Shown: positions 1 through 11,907, counted from the first letter of the stretch. The stretch: 64,000 nucleotides of DNA from Octopus sinensis (GCF_006345805.1 NW_021835959.1:62001-126000); one strand, 5' to 3'. Made by a program: numbers and translations. Notes: generated by a model from the sequence alone, not told the origin.

Positions 1-243
1 GGAGGCTGTAGCAGATGAAGCAGTACTACTGAAGACTATGAATGGAGTGGTGGCTGTACAAGTAATCAGTTATTTACTGACATTCCATCAGTTACGAAGG
101 GCAAGAGTTCCAGCTGATCCGATCAATGAAACAGCCTGTGAAAGTGGCTGAGCACTCCACAGATTCATGTACCCTTAATGTAATTCTCAAGGAGATTCAG
201 CGTGACACCGAATGTGACAAGACTGGCTCTCTGAAATATGAAG

Positions 244-475
244 GCAGCGAGATGGCAGAAACGTTAGCACACCGGGCGAAATGCTTAGCAGTATTTCTTC
301 TGTCATTATGTTCTGAGTTCAAATTCCGCTGAGGTCAACTTTGCCTTTCATCCTTTCAGGGTCGATTAAATATGTACCAGTTACGCACTGGGGTCGATAT
401 AATCGACTTAGTCCATTTGTCTGTCCTTATTTGTCCCCTCTGTGTGTAGCCCCATGTGGGCAGTAAAGAAATAAG
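244..475 (+). mobile_element. SINE family A (ggcggtgagctggcagaaacgttagcac...); further copies at 7206-7436, 9729-10162, 27833-28035 (+) and 43260-43486, 56408-56634 (-)
   Basis: Dispersed copies of about 230 bp sharing ttctgagttcaaattccgccgaggtcgactttgcctttcatcctttcggggtcg. Confidence 0.85.
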
Positions 476-2489
476 ACTGGCTCTTTGAAATATAGGTACA
501 ACTCACTTTTGCCAGCTGAGTGGACTGGAGCAATGTGAAATAAAGTGTCTTGCTCAAGGACACAACACACTGCCAGGAATTGAACCCATGACTTTATGAT
601 CATGAGATGAATGCCTAACCACTGAGCCATGTGCCTTCAGTCAATCATGTTATTTAGAAGGTAGGTGGTCCTAATTATTATAGTGATGTAGTAGCTATAA
701 TGATAAGGTGGAGCCACATAGGAGTGGTTATAGTAATGTAAAAGTCTGATTCTTACAAGACTTTATTCAGAAATAACAATGAAAAAAAAATTACAATACT
801 TCAAATAAAGCACAAGGTTTTTCTCACAGCCCACGCACATAGTGGTAACTAGTACATGTTGTTTCTAGTAACAATATAGTAACAATATAGTAACAATATA
901 CATGACAACTAGTACTGCTCCTAATAATTGAGGATTATCATCATCATTGTTTAACGTCCGCTTTCCATGCTAGCATCGGTTGGATGATTTGACTGAGGTC
1001 TGGCGAACTAAATGGCTGCACCAGGCTCCATTCTGATCTATCAGAGTTTCTACAGCTGGATGCCCTTCCTAACACCAACCACTCTGAGAGTGTAGTGGGA
1101 GCGTTTATGTGCTACTGGCATGAGGGCCAGTCAGGCGGTACTGGCAACGGCCACACTCAAATGGTGTTGTTTGTATGCCAACTGCACAGGAGCCAGTCCA
1201 GCGGCACTGGCAACAACCTCACTCGAATGTTTTGGCCACAGAGAGCAACAGGAGACTGGGGACAGTACAAGGATGAAATGCAAAAATATTGCGGGTTCAA
1301 AATGGATAAAAAGGGTAAAAATCACAATAACATATATGAAAATGAAGGAAAATATTAAAGAAAAAATAATGATATTAATAACAACAGACAAAAACATGAG
1401 TGCATGGTTAAGAAATCATTTTTGAAGTCGCACAATTTCAGGTTCAATCTCACAGCATAGCAGCTAGGACTTTTACTATACGTAAATCTGATATAAATAA
1501 ATTAAGCAGAATCTACCATATGCGTATATCAATATGCTGTGCTTGAGAAGACTTGTCCAGCCTAGTGAAAGTGTAGTCGTGGCCAATGCTGGTGTCACTA
1601 AAAAGCACGCATTACTCTTGGAATGGATGGCGTTAGGAAGGGCATCCAGCTTACCAGTTTCGGTCAAACCGTCTAACCCATGCCAGCATGGAAAGCAGAC
1701 GCTAAATGATGATGATGATGATGATGTATATATTGTGTGTGCATATGTGCATGCACACGCATGTATTTATGTGTTTGCGTTAATCTCTCTTCCCAGCTTC
1801 TCTTACCGTGATATCACTTGACAACCAATGATTGATTGTGTCCTCATAATTTAACATCTTGGAAAAACAGAGAGCAACAAAATAAACACCAGACATTAAT
1901 AATAAACACTGTGTAACAAAATTGTGCTATTTTCTATTTGCTTCATCATCATCATTTAACGTCCGCTTTCCATGCTGGCATGGGTTGGACGGTTTGACTG
2001 AGGACTGGCGAGCCAGATGGCTGCAACAGGCTCCAATCTGATCTGGCAAAGTTTCAACAGCTTGATGCCCTTCCTAACGCCAACCACTCCGAGAGTGTAG
2101 TGGGTGCTTTTACATGCCACCAGCACGAGGGCCAGTCAAGCGGTACTGGCGACGGACACGCTCAAATGGTGTTGTTTATGTGCCACCTGCACAGGAGCCA
2201 GTCCAGCAGCACTGGCAACAACCTCGAAGACAACAAATTTCCAGCAATTTGATTTTTAGTAATTAAAAGAAATCAGAAGCACTGTTCTACACAAAAAAGT
2301 ACAAAGCACACCTGAGAAGCAATTATACTGTGTACTCAAATCTTCAAGAACTATCTAGAAATCAAAGGAAATGATTACTCTTCCCTTCAAACTTTGTTTT
2401 TGTCACCCAGTCATCAATGCTTTGAAACTGAGCAATTTTCCATTACATTTCAGAAAAATTCAGTACTGAGTTGCTGAAGCAGAAATATT

Positions 2490-3150
2490 GTTATAACAAA
2501 TATTCTGCACAATACCACAGTTTTGCTTGTCAGTTGCTTGACCATAACACTTGAACATGTCTCTTAGTGGCTGACAATATGTGCATCTCTGATCATGAGC
2601 AGAAGTAGTAGGGGAGCATCACAGCCATGTGTTGAGAGGGATTCTTTAGGGTTTGAATAGATGTAACAAAAGCAAAGTTTGAAGGAAATACTGTTAACAC
2701 AAGAAACATATTCAAGAATACCTTATACCATAATCTAGGTAACTGGTTTTATTTTTCAGCTCACAATAAAAGTTTTACCCTTTGGTTACCAGCCCAGCTG
2801 AAACCGCCTCTGGCTCTGTAGTACAAATATCTTGTTTTCAAAAGTTTTGAATTAAAATCTTCCACCAAACCTTAGTCACAATTTATGTTCCTAACCCTAG
2901 CTGAATGATAATTAAGTTATTTTACTAAATTCTTTGTTATATTCAAAGTAATTGAAAGAAACAGAACATCTCAAAATAAATACAGTAACGAAAGGATTCA
3001 ACTCAAATCAAAAAATACCTTAGGAATGAGAACCCAGGTTCGAAATTCCTCAAGACACCTGATGAAGGCTGGAGGGTGTATCAGCCGAAACGTTGTGTTA
3101 ACAAAAAAAAAAGGGACAAATGTCCATCAAATGTAAATAATGTTCATAAT
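2490..3150 (+). mobile_element. Non-autonomous Penelope-like remnant carrying the hammerhead, interrupted by a piggyBac-type MITE (about 2775-3000)
   Basis: Hammerhead near the 3' end. The nested unit has degenerate ccctttggttac...gtaacgaaagga termini. Boundaries are approximate. Confidence 0.45.
3055..3098 (+). ncRNA. Minimal type-I hammerhead ribozyme motif (Penelope-like element type)
   Basis: acac-CTGATGA-a-ggctg(gagggtgtat)cagcc-GAAAC-GTT-gtgt: stem I acac/gtgt, canonical core, 5-bp stem II, loopless palindromic stem III (ACGT). Predicted cleavage after U3094. Confidence 0.75.
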
Positions 3151-3576
3151 TGTTTAACACATTTTTAAAGCATAAAATAGTCAAACCAAAATACTATTAA
3201 CCTTTCTCACAACGATGCAGTTTTTCTTCTCAAAACTCCCAACTTTAGAATTTCCATTGCTTCGTGGACCATAATATTTCACAAGATTTTACAATTGTTA
3301 CTATCAACCTTTAATGCCCTCACATTGCTGTAGCTACAAACCTACAATTCAAATACTTTCTGCCACACCTAATACACAGAAGCACTGCACTAAGAACTTA
3401 ATATATCTTTTATTAACACCTATTCATAAGACATCAACTATAGATCACATTTTCACACCACCCCCATTATGTGAATTTTTCCTATAGTTAAAAAATAAAT
3501 AATTTACAATTAAAAAAAGAAATCAAACAATGAACGTTAAATTCACTTCATATTCCCTCTCTAAACAGTGACTCAC

Positions 3577-3636
3577 TTCCAATCTCTTCAACAGCAGAAA
3601 ATGCAGATAAAATTCGAGTGGAAAGAATATAATAGA
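3577..3636 (-). CDS. Unidentified gene, candidate 60-bp exon (SIIFFPLEFYLHFLLLKRLE in phase 0)
   Basis: Acceptor acttcccttactag and donor GAA|gtgagt. Open in phase 0 and in phase 1. Confidence 0.4.
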
Positions 3637-3660
3637 CTAGTAAGGGAAGTAACTCTTTAA

Positions 3661-3937
3661 ATTCTGTTGTGTCTGGGAAGACTCATTTTCTTTTTGTGCC
3701 TTATAATGTAACACACTCACCGGTAAAATTTCCACTTATTTCTTATTTTATTTTCCTAAAATTTTTTACATCTTGCAACCTTTTCAATAGTCAAGACTAT
3801 TGAAAAGATTGCAAAGGTTGCAAGACGCAACGAAAATTTTAGGAAAATAAAAATAAGAAATAAGTGGAAATTTACTGGTGAGTGTGTTACATTATAAGAC
3901 ACAAAAAGAAAATGACTCTCCCCAGACACAACAGAAT
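3661..3937. repeat. Long palindrome (about 135-bp arms), probable inverted Penelope-like terminal repeats
   Basis: attctgttgtgtctggg... versus ...cccagacacaacagaat, with the centre near 3793. A hammerhead-like motif is adjacent to the centre. Confidence 0.8.
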
Positions 3938-4602
3938 ATGCTTCAACTCATATACAGAAACTTGCAAACCAAATCCAAAAACGAAATAACTCTTTGAAAC
4001 TAACATAAAACTAGAGTTGGGTGGAGTAGTTTTATCCGACACAATGGTGCAATATTTTAATCTGAAACAGGGAAACACATTTCACATAGAAAGTTGAAAA
4101 TGAAAGTATTAAACTGTTTCATAGAAAACTATTTCGCCTTTGTTTCATTCATAATTGTATATATCAAAATTATGAATGACCTTTTTTTCAATCATTAGAA
4201 TGAACTTTCTCAAGTCTTAAATTACAATTTTTTAAATCCCAGTGTACCAATATAGCACAGCATACCGTTTAAGAACCACTTAAAGTACGATATGATAAAA
4301 ATAAAAAGAAAAAAAAATCATAGCTTTTAAATAAACTTTTTTTGCTACCACCTTGCTGACTGGGCAAATAACAGACAAGATGTAATTTAATACTTTGGTA
4401 TTCTGATTACTTTGACAAATGTAATCCTTATTTATTCACATTGTTTAGAATTAATCAGGCATTATCTTGTAGCTTTGATATTTCATTGATCTGATTGCAT
4501 ATTTTGACAATGACATTGTAAGGCAGGTGTGAGAGGCTGGTCTGACTGGTTTAAACATGAAACAGCGAATATTTTGGATGGATATGGCTGGTTTAAATAT
4601 GA

Positions 4603-4935
4603 AGGCGCATGGCTCAGTGGTTAGAGCATCAAGCTTACGATCATGAGGTTGTGAGCTTGAATCCCGGACCGGGCTGCGTGTTGTGTTCTTGAGCAAGACA
4701 CTTTATTTCATGTTGCTCCAGTTCACTCATCTGTAGAAAGGAGTTGCTACATTACAGGTGTCGAGCTGTACCGGCCTTTGCCTTTCCCTTGGATAACACT
4801 GGTGGCGTGGAGAGGGGAGGCCAATATGCATGGGCGACTGCTGGTCTTCCTTAAACAACCTTGCCCGGACTTGTGCCTGGGAGGGGAACTTTCTAGGTGC
4901 AATCCCATGGTCTGTGTCGTAACCGAAGGGAGTCT
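4603..4935 (+). mobile_element. tRNA-derived SINE family C (also about 35536-35855)
   Basis: Head ggcgcatggctcagtggttagagc...gaatccc with A/B boxes. Inserted into a piggyBac-type MITE. Confidence 0.8.
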
Positions 4936-5056
4936 CAGAAATGCTAAAGGGTTAAGCATGAAAGTTTTAAGAAAGTATTCTATTACTATGTTTTAATAAG
5001 TAGTAATTGTACATTCCACAATTAGTGTTTCCCTAAAGAATAGCTAATTGTATTAC

Positions 5057-5118
5057 CTGGTCAAGGTGCAGTGTATGTTCTGAATCAATGCGCCAGGTGA
5101 GGTGGCATTTGGTTACAT
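5057..5118 (-). CDS. Unidentified gene, candidate exon (DVTKCHLTWRIDSEHTLHLDQ)
   Basis: Donor CAG|gtaat. The in-frame acceptor is the second AG (5119-5120); the first AG (5127-5128) would give a premature stop. Confidence 0.45.
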
Positions 5119-5708
5119 CTGTATATCTAAAACAAATTTACTGTTCCGGATTCCAAGTTCAGTTATCAACCCCACACAAAAACAATGATGTCAATATAAT
5201 TAAGAGAAATCAGTATAACCATGGTTCAATTACAGTAACTGGTGGGGGAAAAAATACTTTATATACAGGTGCAAACATGGCTAGGTGGCTAAAAAGCTTG
5301 CTTTGCAACCAAGTGGTTTCAGGTTCAGTCCCACTGCATGGAACCTAGGGCAAGTGTCTTCTATTATAACCCCAGGCCAACCAATGCCTTGCGAGTGCAT
5401 TTGAAACTGTGTGCAAGCCTACTGTATATATGTATGTTTATGTTACCACCACCACCATCGCTTGACAATTGCTATTGGTTTGTTTACACCTGCCTAAACT
5501 TGGCAGTTTGGTAAAAAGGGACCAACAGAAATAAGTACTGGAGTTGATTTGTTCAACTAAACCCTTCAAGGCAGGGCTCAAAGACAAGCCACAATCCAAT
5601 GACTGAAACAAGTAAAAGAATAAAATAATAGCACATGTGCATGTGTGAATAGAGAGAGAGAGAGAGAGAGAGAATGGGGGGAAGAAATTGATATTAAGGT
5701 AATGTTAC

Positions 5709-5880
5709 CTAGGTTTTTATCAAGATATGTTTGCCCTCCTTTCAACAAGTAACTGGTCATCATCGTTTGGTGAGTTGGAATAGATAACTGCCTGGGAGGT
5801 GGTGAGTTCTGTGTCAGCTTCCATGGACCAGGCAACTTCCTAGCGCTTGAGATCTTCTTCGGCATATTTCGCATAGAAGC
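5709..5880 (-). CDS. Unidentified gene, coding exon (ASMRNMPKKISSARKLPGPWKLTQNSPPPRQLSIPTHQTMMTSYLLKGGQTYLDKNL)
   Basis: Acceptor tgttccttgtttcag and donor TAG|gtaac. Only one frame is open, and it joins the 19523 exon in phase. GC-elevated unique sequence among repeats. Confidence 0.65.
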
Positions 5881-6340
5881 CTGAAACAAGGAACACAGTA
5901 AAAGTTTAGTCAGCAAAATTCAGTATTTATATCTTTTACTTTTATTTTTGTACTTGTTTAGTCATTAGACTACAGCCATGCTGGGGCAGTGCCATGAGGA
6001 AATTTTTTTAGTCAAATAAATCAACCCCTGTCCTTTCGGTTTTTTTTTCTTTAAGTCTGGTACTTATTCTATCAATCTCTTTGCTGAGCTGTTAGTTACA
6101 AGGATGTAAACACACCAACACCAGTTTGTCAAGCAGTGGTGGGAGACAAACACAGACACATACACACACTGTTCCGGATTCCAAGTTCAGTTATCAACCT
6201 CACACAAAAACAATGATGTCAATATAATTAAGAGAAATCAGTATAACCATGGTTCAATCACAGTAACTGGTGGGGAAAAATACTTTATATACAGGTGCAA
6301 ACATGGCTAGGTGGCTAAAAAGCTTGCTTTGCAACCATGT

Positions 6341-6516
6341 GTGAAATTTTAATTAACAATAAGAAAAATCTAATATCATGACAAATTGTTTCGTGACTTA
6401 AAAACATGTAGATAATTTATTATTAAATGTAATAATATAAATTATTTACATGCTTTAAGTTACAAAACAATTTGTCGTGATATTAGAATTTTCTTGTTGT
6501 TAAATAAAATTTTAAC
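6341..6516. repeat. Palindrome (about 85-bp arms) containing the 3' half of a hammerhead motif
   Basis: Arms match (aagaaaaatctaatatcatgacaaattgtttcgtgactta / taagttacaaaacaatttgtcgtgatattagaattttctt). The left arm on the minus strand reads GAAA-caa-t-ttg-TC. Confidence 0.75.
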
Positions 6517-8255
6517 AGAAAAATCTTATGTGGACCTCCATGCCACCCAAGACTATGTGGACCTCAGTTGAAAACCACTGCTTTAGGGGTTGATAAATAA
6601 AGTACCAGTCTTGTACAGGGGTTGATTCTTTCTGCCCATTTGTCTCACTTTCTGGGAGCGATCAACTCTAAGTGAGGGAAAGGCCTGCTAGGTCAGAAAA
6701 TGTTCAACTCATACCATATGTTATGACAATATTTCAATGGGCCAAGGTGGTGAGCTGGCAGAATTGTTAGTATGCTGGGCAAACTGTCTAGCAGCATTTT
6801 GCCCACCCTACATTCTGAGTTCAAATTCCACTGAGGTCGACATTATTTTTCAGCCTTTCAGGATCAATAAAGTAAGTATCAGTTAAATACTGAGATCAAT
6901 GTAATCAACTTATCCCCTGCTCTGATTTTGCTGGCCTTGTGCCAAATTTGAAACCAATATTCAAATGGGCCAAACAAAATGCTTGGTGGCATTTTGTCAA
7001 TCTTTATATTCTGAGTTCAAGTTCTGCCGAGGATAACTTTGCTTTTCATTCTTTGGAGTTGAAAAAATAAGTACCAGTTGAGCATTGAGGGTCAATGTAA
7101 TTGACTTACCTCCTCACATGAAATTGCTCACCTGGTACCAAAATTAGAAACTGATATTTCAAAGGCCCAGTTAACAATTAGATGGCCTGTAAAGTTGCAC
7201 ACATAAGGCGGTGAGCTGGCAGAAACGTTAGCACGCCGGGCAAAACGCTTCACAGTATTTTGTCTGCTGCTACGTTCTGAGTTCACATTCCGCCGAGGTC
7301 GACTTTGCCTTTCATCCTTTTGGGGTCGATAAATTAAGTACCAGTTACGCACCGGGGCCGATGTAATCGACTTAATCCGTTTGTCTGTCCTTGTTTGTCC
7401 CCTCTGTGTTTAGCCCCTTGTGGGCAATAAAGAAATATATACAAATACACATGTGTGTGTGTGTGAATGTAATGTGTGTGTGCATGTGTGTCTCTCTCTC
7501 TGTTGCAAATGAGGAGTGGCTGTGTTGTAAGTAGGTGTTTACCAACCACATGATTCCGGATTCAGTCCCACTGTGTGGCACCTTGGGCAAGTGTCTTCTA
7601 CTATAGCCTCAGGCCGACCAAAGCCTTGTGAGTAGACAGAAACTGAAAGAAGCCCATTGCGTGTGTGTGTGTGTGTACATGTTTGTCCCCCACCATCGCT
7701 TGACAACTAATGTTGCTGTGTTTACACCCCTGTAACTTAGCAGTTCGACAAAAAGAATCCGATAGAATAAGCACTAGGCTTACAAAGTATATGTCCTGGA
7801 TTCGATTTGTTCGACTAAAGGCAGTGCTCCAGCATGGCCACAGTCAAATGACTAAAACAGATAAAAAAACAAAAACTATATACAGGAGATTTGTTCATTT
7901 TCTTGAACTGCTGGTGATTCTACTCAAGTTACTCACAAAAAGGAAGCTAGCTCAGGAGATTTTCATTCAAACGCATTATATATCGACAATGTTCAAGTGC
8001 AATCCTTCCTTCTTTTTTCTTATAGGCATATTTTGATATTTCCTTATTAGTCCTTATATTTAGTTTGAAACAAGATATCTCAAAATATTGCTGGACTAAT
8101 AAATAAGGAACACTACATATCCTTGTCATTCAAGCATACTTAGAAAGTAATGTGTTCTCATTTATTATATTTGATATTCCCTAAAAGTAAATTACTCATT
8201 CTCTCTCTCTCACACCACATACATACATATATATATAATGCATGCATGCATATAT

Positions 8256-8636
8256 AGGCGTAGGAGTGGCTGTGTGGTAAGTAGCTTGCTTACCGACCAC
8301 ATGGTTCAGGATTCATTCCCACTACGTGGCACCTTGGGCTGACAAAGCCTTGTGAGTGGATTTGGTAGACGGAAACTGAAAGAAGCCCATCGTATATATG
8401 TATATATATATATGTGTATGCGTTGTGTGTCTGTGTTTGTCCTCCCAACATCGCTTGACAACCAATGCTGGTGTGTTTACATCCCCGTCACTTAGCAGTT
8501 CGGCAAAAGAGACGATAGAATAAGTACTATAGCCTTACAAAGAATAAGTCCTGGGGTTGATTTGCTCGACTAAAGGTGGTGCTCCAGCATGGCAACAGTC
8601 AAATGACTGAAACAAGTAGAAGTAAAGATAAAAGAG
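8256..8636 (+). mobile_element. tRNA-derived SINE family B with internal microsatellite; copies at about 7511-7870, 47157-47524, 51692-52170, 57549-57935 (+) and 10280-10675, 32465-32850, 43710-44032, 47815-48218 (-)
   Basis: Head ggcgtaggagtggctgtgtggtaagtagcttgcttacc...ggttcagtcccactg and tail ...gtcaaatgactgaaacaagtaaaagag. Confidence 0.88.
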
Positions 8637-9155
8637 TATATATATATATATATATAGCTACTATATACACATAGACATCACACACACACACACACCACAC
8701 ACACATATATATATATATTATACACACATATATATGCATACATATACACATAACTACATATACGCATAACTACATACATGCATAAGTACATATACATACA
8801 TGTGTATATTACATATACACATATATATATTCATCATGTACTTTTGAACAAATGATATGATCAAGCTTTTGTTCTGAAAGTGAAATAAATTATATCATGG
8901 AAGTTATAATAGCCATTTAAAATAACATATAATGTGGAATTCACTTTCATTTTGCTTTTTATTACATTAAATTCCATAGAGTATTTTATTCTTTTCTTTC
9001 CTTCTCTCTTATGTGTCATGTCAGTCGCATACTGTGAGAATAAATATTATAAGCAAAAATGGACTCAGTAACACTGCTAGAGGTTTATATTAAAAGACAG
9101 TTTTATATTGCATATATAGTATTTGTGTATATATATATATATATATATAACATTG

Positions 9156-9409
9156 CAGTGTGGAAGGTGTTTGTAAGCCATTTAGAAAACACACAAAAGC
9201 CGTTCGATTACTTCAACGTTTAAATTTAATTTGTCAAAATATTTTCGTCGCTATAAGGCCGCAACCTGTTTGCGGATTTTTTGTCAGTGAAACAGTTGCG
9301 GTCTTATAGCGATGAAAATATTTTGACAAATTAAGATTAAATGTTGAAGTGAATTGAATGGCTTTTGTGTGTTTCTTAAATGGCTTACAAACACCTTCCA
9401 CACGCACTG
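9156..9409. repeat. Long palindrome (about 115-bp arms) with hammerhead-like topology near the centre
   Basis: gtgtggaaggtgtttgtaagccattt... versus ...aaatggcttacaaacaccttccacac, with a short central spacer. Confidence 0.8.
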
Positions 9410-11504
9410 TTTTCGTTCCAGCACACGATCTCAGATCAAATCACTTGCTATGCAAGTACATCTCCTAATATATATATATATAAAGTTAATCCAAACATGA
9501 AAACACAAAGAGAAAAACACAACAACGCGAGGACGTGGAACAAATATAGTAATAGAAAATTATACAAACAGCAGTGTGCAATGTTTTACCAAAAAGGAAA
9601 ACTATAACTGCCACCAAATATGAGTAGGTGTTAGAAGAAACACCAACATGCTAGAAATAAGAGCAAAAATGCGCCAGTGCATAATCATATACCTATATAC
9701 TGACAGGGACTATAATTACCCAAAATGTGGTGGTGAGCTGGCAGAATCATTAGCACACCGGGTGAAATGCTTAGCAGTATTTCATCTGCCGTTACGTTCA
9801 GAGTTCAAATTCTGCCAAGGTCGACTTTGCCTTTCATCCTTTCGGGGTCGATTAAATAAGTACCAGTTACACACTGGGATCGATGTAATCAACTTATCCC
9901 TTTGTCTGTCCTGGTTTGTTCCCTCTATGTTTAGCTCCTTATGGGCAATAAAGAAATAAGAAACGTTAGCACACCGGGTGAAAGCTTAGCAGTATTTCGT
10001 CTGCCATTACGTTCTGAGTTCAATTCTGCCAAGGTCGACTTTGGCTTTCGTCCTTTCGGGGTGATTAATATATACAGTTACACATGGGATCGATGTAATC
10101 AACTTAATCCCTTTGTCTGTCCTGGTTTGTTCCCCTCTATGTTTAGCTCCCTGTGGCAATAAGATATATAATCACCCAAAAATCCCGATCGAGAATTCCC
10201 TATACTGACCAGTCAGTTTTGTCAATTTCTGCTGCGTCATCTGTAAGGTCTGCTATACATACATATATATATATTCTTGTATTTGTTTCAGTCATTTGTC
10301 TGTGGCCATGCTGGAGGCATGCCATTTTTTAGCCCGAACAAATAAAACCACCGGACGGATGTCCGTTGTAAGCCTAGTTCTTATTACACGGTCTCTATTG
10401 CGCAATGCCACGTTATGGGGACTGTAAACACACCAGCATTGGTCGTCAAGCAATGTGGTGGGGACAACACAAACATACATATTATATAGATATATATATA
10501 TATATATATATATAGACGAGCTTCTGTCAGTTTCTGTCTACCAAATTCACTCACATGGCTTTGGTTGGCCTGAGGGTATAGTAGAAGACACTTGCCCATG
10601 GTTCCACACAGTGGGACTGAACCCAGAACTATGTGGTTAGTAAGCAAGCTACTTATCACACAGCCACTCCTACGCATATATATATAATATATATATAAAA
10701 TCATCATCTTATTATTTAACATACATCTTCTATGCTGTCATGTATGGACAGTTTGACAGGAGCTGGCAAGGCAGAGGGCTGCACGAAGCTTTACTGTTTG
10801 TTTTGACATGTTTTTTATTATGGCTGGATGCCCTTCCTAATGCCAACCACCTTCAGTGGACTGGATGCTTTTTATGTGGCACTAGCACTGGCGAGGTCTG
10901 ATTTGGCCTTGTTTTTTATGGCTGGATACCCTTCCTAATGGCCTGATTGCTTTTTACATGGAACAGCCCCACCATGGTCTGTTTGGCATGGTTTTACAGT
11001 TTGATGCCCTTCCAAATGCCAACCACTTTATAGTGTGCACTGGATGCTTTTTATGTGGCACCTGCACCAGCAGGCTCAACAAGCAGCTCACAAGAGGGTA
11101 GGGGATCGGAGGAGGTAGCCCTGTGCCAGGTGATGAGAGATTTGAGAATGACCAAGGGACCGAAAAAGGTATTTCGTTGAAGGGATGCATGGTTGCCCCA
11201 GTCAGAGAGTGAAAGAGAGAGATCAAGAATGAGAGAGAGAGAGAGAGAGAGCAAGAGAGAGACAGTATGATGTGCCAGGGCATACTCTCAAGGTACGGGG
11301 ATGAGAATATAAATGGGAAGGTAGAGCATTGCCAACGGTGCATAAATAGAAAGTAGGGAGTTCATATGAATGCAACGGGGCATGGAATGCAGTGGCTGGT
11401 GAAACTTTGGGTAATTGTTCAGCTCAGTGATATTAAAAAAAAAGTAAATAAAAATTAAGAGGGAGATAAGTAGTAAAAGAAGCAAAGGGACATAACTCAG
11501 TCAA

Positions 11505-11907
11505 AGATGTTTGGTCATTCTTTACTTTGCAATCAGTCTCAAGAAAGTTTTTTTGGTAAAATACCTGACTGCACAGGAGAGAAACTTTAAATGAGCAGAT
11601 ACAAAGGTGGATTTTTGCCTGGGTCTCACATAGTCAGTGATGAATGGCAAGCATATATAATATTATCCTCAATGGTGATGCCTACACACAGGTAATTATA
11701 CACCAACATTTTGTTGATCATGATCAAGACATCCACACACAAAATGTGGAAAACATGTGGATACAGGTGAAATGGAAGTTGAGACAACAGTTTGGGACAC
11801 ATCAGACGAATTGTTTATTTCATAGTTTCTCTGGCATAATTCCACTGAGAAAATTAAGACAGTTGGCTCACTTTCTGGCAACGATCGCCAGTCTTTATGC
11901 TGTATAA
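11505..11907 (+). mobile_element. Decayed Merlin (ISXO2/IS1595-like) transposase fragment
   Basis: Frameshifted motifs LPGSHIVSDEWQAY and VIIHQHFVD...IHTQNVENMWIQVKWKLR. Confidence 0.7.

Noticed and set aside
1-60. Further exon of the unidentified gene at the window edge
   Set aside because: Weak acceptor, a stop in phase 0, and truncated by the window so it cannot be evaluated.
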